Below are positions 57,658-64,000 of a stretch of DNA of 64,000 nucleotides, one piece after another. The position numbers were made by a program, and so were the translations under genes. The notes under the pieces were generated by a model that saw only the letters and a program-made list of their open reading frames with translations, ran no database searches and was not told the origin of the DNA. Where the stretch lies: the IMG/VR virus record IMGVR_UViG_3300037418_002332; one strand, written 5' to 3'. The stretch's first letter is position 1. The number at the start of each line of letters is the position of its first letter. This DNA comes from a virus (lineage: Duplodnaviria > Caudoviricetes).

Positions 57658-58046
57658 TGTATACTCGTGAAGAAATCACCTTTGCAACTTATTTGTTCTG
57701 GTATCAAAACATTGATGATCCGAACATTGTGTTGACTGCTGATCAGATTGAAGTTATGTACGCTGAAGCTCGCAAGTTTATGCCAACTGTGCCTGATTTG
57801 GTTTCGAGGCTTCGCTCAACAGATGCATCAACTTCAGCCGATATCATGGTTCATTTTTATGATGTTGGCAAGCAGTATTTTGGTGAAGAGAAACAACAGC
57901 TGTTTCGTTTCTTTGCATTGTTGTATCTGGTGATTTGGGGCAAGTCAGCTGGACCAAGGTTTGGTGAGTTTGCCGTTCTTTATGGTCGTGACAACTTTGC
58001 CAATCTCATTGAAGAAAAGTTTGCAGAAGCAAAGACTTTCATTTAA
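57657..58046 (+). CDS. stand-alone class I lysyl-tRNA synthetase C-terminal (anticodon-binding) domain
   Basis: FYDVGKQYF...FFALLYLVIWGKSAGPRFGEFAVLYG resembles LysRS-I WFKALYEVLLGxSQGPRFGxFIALYG (recalled). Confidence 0.75.
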   Translation: MYTREEITFATYLFWYQNIDDPNIVLTADQIEVMYAEARKFMPTVPDLVSRLRSTDASTSADIMVHFYDVGKQYFGEEKQQLFRFFALLYLVIWGKSAGPRFGEFAVLYGRDNFANLIEEKFAEAKTFI

Positions 58047-58057
58047 GGAATTGATTG

Positions 58058-58681
58058 ATGAACGCACCAGTGAATCTTGATGAAATTCAACGTGAAACCT
58101 ATCGTGAAGATATTGCTGGACTGAATGTCCACAATCATCTCAAGGACAAGTCTGTTCCTGAGCTTCGCGACATTTCAATGTCCGATCGGTTCCCATTTGC
58201 AGTCATGGCTTTGTCTTTGACTGGTGATGGCAACGTTGGTGGCATTGTTCGTTCGGCTGTTCTTCACGGTGCTGAAAAGGTTTGGATTTACGGTCGTCGA
58301 AAGTTCGACAAGCGTCCAACCGTCGGTTCGTTGAATTACATCGATCATGAAATCATCGATGGATTTGAAGATAACAAGCCTGGAATTTTCGATGTTCAGA
58401 AGTTTATGACGATTATCGCTGAAAACGAATATTTTCCAGTATTTGTTGAACAAGGCGGAACTTCTCTTGAAGAATTCGATTGGAATGCATTGCCTGATAT
58501 GAAAATTCTATTGGTGTTGGGAAACGAAACCAACGGCATTCCAGAAGAATTTATGAAGGTGATGGAAGACCTTTCGGAGATCGTATCAATTCCTCAACGC
58601 GGAGTGATTCGTTCATTCAATGTTTCCAACGCAATGAATATTGTCACATGGGATATGAGAATGAAGAAAAAGTGGTTCTGA
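58058..58681 (+). CDS. SPOUT RNA methyltransferase (TrmH/SpoU family)
   Basis: GNVGGIVRSA, LVLGNETNGIP, SIPQRGVIRSFNVSNA. Confidence 0.92.
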   Translation: MNAPVNLDEIQRETYREDIAGLNVHNHLKDKSVPELRDISMSDRFPFAVMALSLTGDGNVGGIVRSAVLHGAEKVWIYGRRKFDKRPTVGSLNYIDHEIIDGFEDNKPGIFDVQKFMTIIAENEYFPVFVEQGGTSLEEFDWNALPDMKILLVLGNETNGIPEEFMKVMEDLSEIVSIPQRGVIRSFNVSNAMNIVTWDMRMKKKWF

Positions 58682-58714
58682 AGGCTTTACTTTAGAACCA
58701 CTTTCAATTAGGAA

Positions 58715-59131
58715 TTGTATATGGAAAAAATTGCTGAAGTTGATTATAATGATTTGGAATTTGTTTGGGTGAGTTCCCATTACGATGTCCATTTGGCTGG
58801 TCTTTGTCGATATCAAGGTCAACTGTGCAAATTTACAACCGACATGCAAGATAATCCCAATTGGGATCGTGAACGTGCAAGAAACGATGATGATTATGAA
58901 GAGGATTTGTATATCCTCACATGCACAGTTTACAAACTTTCCTTTGTTGAAAAATTAAAAGAACTGTATTCAAAGAAAAAATTTGAATGGTGCGTTGGTT
59001 ATCATTGGTCATATCCTGATCGTGGTAATTTTTACATTCGTAAACCAAAGTGGTTGTTCAGAGCACTGTTCAACTGGCATTATTATGGGTTTGATTTTTC
59101 TAAATGGAGAAATCGCTCAATATTGAGATAA
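58715..59131 (+). CDS. hypothetical protein
   Basis: 138-aa ORF. Confidence 0.55.
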   Translation: MYMEKIAEVDYNDLEFVWVSSHYDVHLAGLCRYQGQLCKFTTDMQDNPNWDRERARNDDDYEEDLYILTCTVYKLSFVEKLKELYSKKKFEWCVGYHWSYPDRGNFYIRKPKWLFRALFNWHYYGFDFSKWRNRSILR

Positions 59132-59208
59132 GCTTCCGTAGCTCAGTTGGTTAGAGCAGGGATCTCTAAAATCCTGTGTCGTGGGTTCGAGTCCCACCGG
59201 TCGCGCCA
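59132..59208 (+). tRNA. tRNA with CUA anticodon (amber suppressor-type)
   Basis: D-arm gctc-agttggtta-gagc; gggat-ctCTAaa-atcct; T-arm gtggg-ttcgagt-cccac; CCA; two acceptor mismatches. Confidence 0.8.
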
Positions 59209-59223
59209 TTTTTCATGAGGTAA

Positions 59224-59877
59224 GTGATGGATGATGAAGACAAATACGATGAAGCTCTTGAGGAAGCTGAAGATAAAAAGGCTCTGAAGCTTCTCAAACA
59301 AATTTGTAATTCGGAATTCAAATCATACAAAAAATATATTGCTGAAGACAAATATCATGACACCTTTGGTGCTGGTGATATTCTCCATTCTAAAAAGTGG
59401 ACACCTGAAGAAATGTGTAAGCAGTTCATTTGGGCTTACATGATTCGCGGTGCAATCCAAGATTGGGGATTGTTTGGTGAAGAAGCTGTTGATCAAAAGT
59501 TCGAAGACCTCTATTATCAAATTGCGGCAATGAATATTGGTACTGACGAATTCGATGATAAATATCGACCATTGATCATCGAAGTTGAAAATATCATTCG
59601 CAATCGTAACAGTGACAAACGATTAGATCGTTTATATCCTGGCGTTTTTAGGCGCAGTGAATATAATCGTCCAACATTGGTTTGGACTGTGTTGAGTTCT
59701 GACATTGGATTGAATTATGGTCCATTCTTTGTTGAAAAAGAAGAAGCCGAAACCTTTCAAAAAGAACATTTCAGTCATGAACTGTCAAAACATCCTCTAC
59801 AAAGAGTGTTGATCACGCCAGTAAAAGAAGAATGGTTAGAACAAAACCGAATTGTTGAAAACGAGGAAGATGACTAA
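59224..59877 (+). CDS. hypothetical protein
   Basis: 217-aa ORF. Confidence 0.6.
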   Translation: MMDDEDKYDEALEEAEDKKALKLLKQICNSEFKSYKKYIAEDKYHDTFGAGDILHSKKWTPEEMCKQFIWAYMIRGAIQDWGLFGEEAVDQKFEDLYYQIAAMNIGTDEFDDKYRPLIIEVENIIRNRNSDKRLDRLYPGVFRRSEYNRPTLVWTVLSSDIGLNYGPFFVEKEEAETFQKEHFSHELSKHPLQRVLITPVKEEWLEQNRIVENEEDD

Positions 59878-60598
59878 AACTGTAGCAATTTTATCGACTC
59901 TTTTATTTGTATGGATCACATTAACTGTTGGATTGGCAATAAGCAATCAACATCCTACTCTTGAAGACAATATCAATTCCACCGTTGTGATCGTTTCCGG
60001 CAACGGTAGTGGTTCCGGTGTTTTGATCAATCCCAATCAAGTGTTGACTGCGTTTCATGTGCCAATGGCTGACGCAAACAGTCCTGATTATGTTATCTTC
60101 AAAAATTCAGGTCGCGCAACAATCAAAACGAAAATCGTCGCATCAAGCTATGAACAAGATTTGATTGTGATGAATTTGGATAAACCAAACACAAAAGTGA
60201 AACCTGTCAATATCGATTGTGGATTGCCTGATGTTGGTGATGAAGTATATGCAGTTGGCGAGCCTGAAGGTTTTTGGTGGATGGTGAGATGGGGTCATGT
60301 TGTTGATCCTGAAAATTCAATCATTCGTGAAGGTGAATTCAGATTGCCTTCAGACTACATCAAGGAAGAATTTTTATTCACCATTGATTTGAACATGATG
60401 CACGGTAATTCGGGTGGTGGTATTTTCAATCAAGATACAGGTAATTTAATCGGAATTGCATCCCAAATGTGGTTGAAGCAATTTGCGGATAAGACTGGTG
60501 AAACGCAACAATTATACATGCAAATGGGCTTTCCCGTTCGCGGAAATGTGATTTGTAAATTTTTAGACGACAACAAAATTTCATATACAAAGGGTTGA
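59870..60598 (+). CDS. membrane-anchored trypsin-like serine protease
   Basis: N-terminal TM; GSG, LTAFHV, DLIV, HGNSGGG triad motifs. Confidence 0.88.
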   Translation: MTKTVAILSTLLFVWITLTVGLAISNQHPTLEDNINSTVVIVSGNGSGSGVLINPNQVLTAFHVPMADANSPDYVIFKNSGRATIKTKIVASSYEQDLIVMNLDKPNTKVKPVNIDCGLPDVGDEVYAVGEPEGFWWMVRWGHVVDPENSIIREGEFRLPSDYIKEEFLFTIDLNMMHGNSGGGIFNQDTGNLIGIASQMWLKQFADKTGETQQLYMQMGFPVRGNVICKFLDDNKISYTKG

Positions 60599-61149
60599 TA
60601 ATGAATATTGAAGCAGCAATGGAACGACTGAAAGCTGAGGGTGGATTTCATCATTGGTTCAAGAAAGATGAACGTTCTCTTGAAGAATGGAAAAATGAAG
60701 ACCCCATTGGGTTTGACGAATTTGCTGCCGTTGCTGAACGCATTGTTCGGGCCGGCACTGGTTATCTACCAACAGTCGTTTGTTGTTTGGTTTTGGAAGA
60801 ATCAGGTGGGTTGATTCTTGTGAAACGCAGTGATTGGAATAAATGGGCATTGCCAGGTGGCATTCAAGACCCAGGCGAATCATGGCAAATGACTGCTGTT
60901 CGTGAGGTTTTTGAAGAAACCGGACACCAAATCAATCAAGTCACAATCATTGACGTGGCAACTGTTCCAGAATGCAACATTATTTTTTGTTATTCTAATC
61001 ACATAAAGTACGATTCTACTTTACTTTTTGATCAAAATGAAATAGAGTTGGTGGCGTTGATGAATTCGGCCCCTGCGGAAGATAAAATTGCTTTTCCAAC
61101 TCATGCCCAAATCATCAAAAGATATTTTGATCAAATGAATGGAAATTGA
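60595..61149 (+). CDS. Nudix hydrolase
   Basis: GGIQDPGESWQMTAVREVFEETG Nudix box. Confidence 0.9.
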   Translation: MIMNIEAAMERLKAEGGFHHWFKKDERSLEEWKNEDPIGFDEFAAVAERIVRAGTGYLPTVVCCLVLEESGGLILVKRSDWNKWALPGGIQDPGESWQMTAVREVFEETGHQINQVTIIDVATVPECNIIFCYSNHIKYDSTLLFDQNEIELVALMNSAPAEDKIAFPTHAQIIKRYFDQMNGN

Positions 61150-61152
61150 TTT

Positions 61153-61575
61153 ATGACACCAGTGCTGTACATTCTGATGCGTTCCGATCTGGATTCAATG
61201 AATCCTGGTAAGGCTATGGCGCAAGCTTCACATGCTGCCAACGCTATGGTTGCCAAGTTCCATGATCTGGATAAGAAGAATGAACTGACCGACGATGAGA
61301 AGGCTTTGTTTTACACGTGGCAGAGTTCCACTCCACAAGGCTTTGGCACTGCTATCGTTCTGGATGCTCTGAATGAAGAAGGCATCAACGATATCATTTT
61401 CGACGCAACTGTGAAGCATAAAAACAACGATTTTTTCGCAGATATTATTAATGATCCTACTTATCCTGTTAGAGACGGTGCTGTAACTCACTATATATCA
61501 GTGAATACATGCGGCTATGTTTTTGCTAATACGGAAAAGTGGAAGCCGAACAAGAAATATTCACTGCACAAATAA
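61153..61575 (+). CDS. PTH2-like peptidyl-tRNA hydrolase
   Basis: YILMRSDL.SMNPGKAMAQASHA. Confidence 0.75.
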   Translation: MTPVLYILMRSDLDSMNPGKAMAQASHAANAMVAKFHDLDKKNELTDDEKALFYTWQSSTPQGFGTAIVLDALNEEGINDIIFDATVKHKNNDFFADIINDPTYPVRDGAVTHYISVNTCGYVFANTEKWKPNKKYSLHK

Positions 61576-61668
61576 TGGAGAAAGTTATGTCCTAGCTTGC
61601 ACAACCACCGTAAAGTCTCTTTTGATTTTTGGAATATCTAATCAATCAAATCTCAAAGGAGAACTACA

Positions 61669-62022
61669 ATGGAAAATATTTTTATCAAGTACAACGAAAT
61701 TTCAAAGCGCGATACTGCAAATTGGGACCATAAGTTCCTAACAGTTATCCACCAATTCTTGGCTAATGAACCAAAGGATTTGGATGAATACAGCGCTTGG
61801 GTCTATCAATGGAAGTCTTACGAAAAGGAATTGGTCAAGGCCATTCAGTATTTCCGTAAGATGAGAATTGACAGCGAAGGCGATCTCGCTCACAGTTATC
61901 AATTGTCAAAGCTTCAGCTGAGACCACTTGCTCGTCGCTTCTATGAAGCACGTGCTCGTAACAAGGAACTTTACAAGTCAAAGATTCTACCTGAAGCTTT
62001 GGCAGAAAAAGTTGCGGCCTAA
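61669..62022 (+). CDS. hypothetical protein
   Basis: AAGGAG SD; 117 aa. Confidence 0.6.
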   Translation: MENIFIKYNEISKRDTANWDHKFLTVIHQFLANEPKDLDEYSAWVYQWKSYEKELVKAIQYFRKMRIDSEGDLAHSYQLSKLQLRPLARRFYEARARNKELYKSKILPEALAEKVAA

Positions 62023-62066
62023 CGAAGAATTTCTTCAAAAAGTGTGGCATTTTCTTGTTGCTTGAT

Positions 62067-62074
62067 TATAAATA
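62067..62074 (+). promoter_or_regulatory. T4 late promoter
   Basis: exact TATAAATA upstream of tRNA region. Confidence 0.65.
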
Positions 62075-62208
62075 CAAGTGTAATTTTAAAAGGATATAGC
62101 AAGTTCAAATGTCACACTTTTATGGTTTGTCAATCGAATTAAGAAATTTTGTACGTAAAGTACAAGATAATGGACAAACATAAGCGCATTCCGGCATTAG
62201 CATCCAAC

Positions 62209-62238
62209 AAAAGCCGGGAAGAAATTCTCGGCTTTTTT
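62209..62238 (+). terminator. rho-independent terminator
   Basis: aaaagccgggaa-gaaa-ttctcggctttttt. Confidence 0.8.
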
Positions 62239-62458
62239 GTTATTAGTACTTTACTTCTTGAAATTTAAGATTTATATTGATTCTACGATTAATTTGAGGA
62301 AACGGAAAATGATTCCTTGGATTTACTGGGATAAGGAAACCAATTCGTTGAATTGGACGTTATTGTCACCGTGGGCACCAACGCAAGATGTATGGTGCGC
62401 TGTGATAATGACTGAATTGCTTCTTTTGGAAGCATTCTTCCGTCACTAAGAAATTTAT

Positions 62459-62541
62459 GTGCTCGTGGGCTTAGGGAAACGGCACACTCAGGGGACTTAA
62501 AATCCTTGCCTTTGTGGGTTCGAGTCCCACCGAGCATACCA
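62459..62541 (+). tRNA. tRNA-Leu(TAA)
   Basis: gtgctcg/cgagcat, loop ctTAAaa, T-arm, ACCA. Confidence 0.8.
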
Positions 62542-62581
62542 AATTTCCTTTGTTATGAGGAATCAAACAAAGGAGAGTAAA

Positions 62582-62749
62582 ATGCACTTGTTACCTGTAT
62601 TGATCGCCGTCTTGGTGATCGTAGCTTTGATAATTGCTGTTGATTGGGTTGGATTTCCAAATCCACTTAATTGGATTGTCAAAGCAATTCTATTCTTGAT
62701 TGGCGCAGCTTATGTGCTTCAAGCATTAGGATTTGGTGGAATATTGTAA
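62582..62749 (+). CDS. small two-TM membrane protein
   Basis: AAGGAG SD; hydrophobic. Confidence 0.6.
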   Translation: MHLLPVLIAVLVIVALIIAVDWVGFPNPLNWIVKAILFLIGAAYVLQALGFGGIL

Positions 62750-62861
62750 TCCAGATGCGCTGCTGGGCGCCATTATAGCTGTGTGAACACAGCACCAGTG
62801 AACTTGAGGTAGTGGGTTGTAGGTGACTATCCAGAACAAAAATGGAACCTTCATTAATTAT

Positions 62862-62944
62862 GGATCGGTGACCCGAGTGGCGAAGGGCGCGGGCTTTTAA
62901 TCCGCTATACAACACCGTGGGTTCGAGTCCCACCCGATTCACCA
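62862..62944 (+). tRNA. tRNA-Lys(TTT) with 11-nt variable region
   Basis: gcggg-ctTTTaa-tccgc; T-arm; ACCA. Confidence 0.8.
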
Positions 62945-62974
62945 AATTTTAAGAAGAATTTTCAAAGAAAGTTC

Positions 62975-63003
62975 TTTACTTTTTGAATCGTTGAAATTAT
63001 ACT
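62975..63003 (+). promoter_or_regulatory. sigma70-like early promoter
   Basis: TTTACT-N17-TATACT. Confidence 0.7.
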
Positions 63004-63091
63004 GAATGTCTTGAGTCGGTTGACTCCGTTCTTTGATAATTGAATACGATTTTCTCAAGCGGTCATTGACCGTTTTGGAAATTTGTATAAT

Positions 63092-63165
63092 GACCATATT
63101 GCCGTCAGGGAAGGCTGTGCGCTGTCTACGCATAAAGGCGGGTTCGAGTCCCGTTATGGTCGCCA
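63092..63165 (+). tRNA. tRNA-Asp(GTC)
   Basis: gaccata/tatggtc; loop ctGTCta; GCCA. Confidence 0.8.
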
Positions 63166-63221
63166 TATTGGATCAATCAGTAATTCGCAGTAGCAACTGT
63201 GTTTGGTCGGTCCTAATCCTT

Positions 63222-63311
63222 TGCGGGATTGAGAAGTCAGGTCTATCTCCCCGGTCTCATAAGCCGGTGCACCGAAAGTGCTCAGTGGTTCAAATCCACT
63301 TCCCGCAACCA
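63222..63311 (+). tRNA. tRNA-Met(CAT), fMet-like, with extra variable arm
   Basis: ccggt-ctCATaa-gccgg; T-loop ttcaaat; ACCA. Confidence 0.8.
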
Positions 63312-63346
63312 TTTCGATTGGAGTTATGAACCAATCAATGAAATAT

Positions 63347-63429
63347 TGGAGTGTGACTGAAAGGTAAAGTGCCCGGCTGTTAACCGGAGGCCCCATGTGG
63401 AGCAGGATCGTTACCTGCCACTCCAGCCA
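63347..63429 (+). tRNA. tRNA-Asn(GTT), atypical
   Basis: tggagtg/cactcca; loop ctGTTaa; T-loop atcgtta. Confidence 0.7.
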
Positions 63430-63441
63430 ATTCTATAATTT

Positions 63442-63499
63442 GGGCTCACGCTAGGACGCATCCCGGGAATAAGGGGTTCGAATCCCCATGAGTCCACCA
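63442..63499 (+). ncRNA. 58-nt tRNA-like RNA without anticodon loop
   Basis: gggctca/tgagtcc acceptor, gggg-ttcgaat-cccc T-arm, ACCA. Confidence 0.65.
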
Positions 63500-63515
63500 A
63501 TTTGAAGTGTTATAT

Positions 63516-63593
63516 TCCGGTGAGGCGAGCAAGGTGCACGCAGCTGACTGTTAATCAGATTTCAGGTAGGTTCGATTCCTATCTCCGGAGCCA
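63516..63593 (+). tRNA. tRNA-Asn(GTT)
   Basis: loop ctGTTaa; T-loop ttcgatt; GCCA. Confidence 0.8.
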
Positions 63594-63597
63594 ATTT

Positions 63598-63674
63598 ACT
63601 GCGATCTGCTAATGGACGAGGCGATCTGGTTCTCAGCCAGGGAAATGCGGGTTCGAGTCCCGTTCGCAGTACCA
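63598..63674 (+). tRNA. tRNA-Glu(CTC)
   Basis: actgcga/tcgcagt; tctgg-ttCTCag-ccagg; ACCA. Confidence 0.82.
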
Positions 63675-63695
63675 AAAGAATTTAGAAGAAAGTGC

Positions 63696-63724
63696 TTTAC
63701 TTATCTGTAACAATCCAATATAAT
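63696..63724 (+). promoter_or_regulatory. sigma70-like early promoter
   Basis: TTTACT-N17-TATAAT. Confidence 0.75.
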
Positions 63725-63914
63725 GATTGTAGTTGATAAGGAACGGTGAAATGAAAAACGTCGCTGCCAAATCGCTTCAGTTGAAGATTTTTGCGGGCAA
63801 GAAAATTGCTTCGAAGAAAATCTATAACCGAAAGAAGAAGAGCTTTTAATTCCTCAATGGTCATTGATAGACGGGTATGGTCTATCGAATGTTCCGAAGT
63901 TAGTTTCATAGGGA

Positions 63915-63961
63915 AATATCACTTCACTGCCTCGTTAGGAAAGAGGCAGTGAAGTGATATT
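63915..63961. repeat. perfect 19-bp inverted repeat
   Basis: aatatcacttcactgcctc / gaggcagtgaagtgatatt with 9-nt loop. Confidence 0.9.
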
Positions 63962-64000
63962 GAGACCAATGGACGACTGAGAAAAATGGTTCCCTCCATG

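Noticed and set aside
1-64000. TAG stop-codon reassignment implied by the CUA tRNA
   Set aside because: Core genes are uninterrupted under the standard code and the topoisomerase gene ends at TAG at its expected C-terminus
1-64000. CRISPR array, integrase or transposase
   Set aside because: No regularly spaced repeats or recombinase/transposase motifs seen

Overview
64 kb of a large, AT-rich T4-like (gp43/UvsX/gp41/gp61/gp39+60/gp52/gp30, TATAAATA late promoters) myovirus genome. The host is probably an alphaproteobacterium; this is inferred from a class I LysRS-derived domain and GC-richer codons in early genes. The window holds replication and nucleotide-metabolism genes (nrdA, nrdB, thyX, tk), dispersed lysis genes, probable internal head proteins, glycosyl/methyltransferases, a tandem paralogue array and the start of a tRNA cluster. 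Most striking: small ORFs scattered through non-structural regions carry isolated conserved blocks of virion and packaging proteins. These are four separate blocks of major capsid gp23 (one is a Gol-peptide homologue), two tail-sheath C-terminal domains, a degenerate tail tube and a terminase-like ATPase remnant, suggesting a decoy or assembly-interference repertoire. A second notable region is a translation island with a stand-alone LysRS-I anticodon-binding domain, an amber (CUA) tRNA, a D-armless tRNA-Arg-like RNA, an anticodon-less tRNA-like RNA, a SPOUT methyltransferase and a PTH2. All homology calls are by eye against remembered reference sequences and motifs and need database confirmation.
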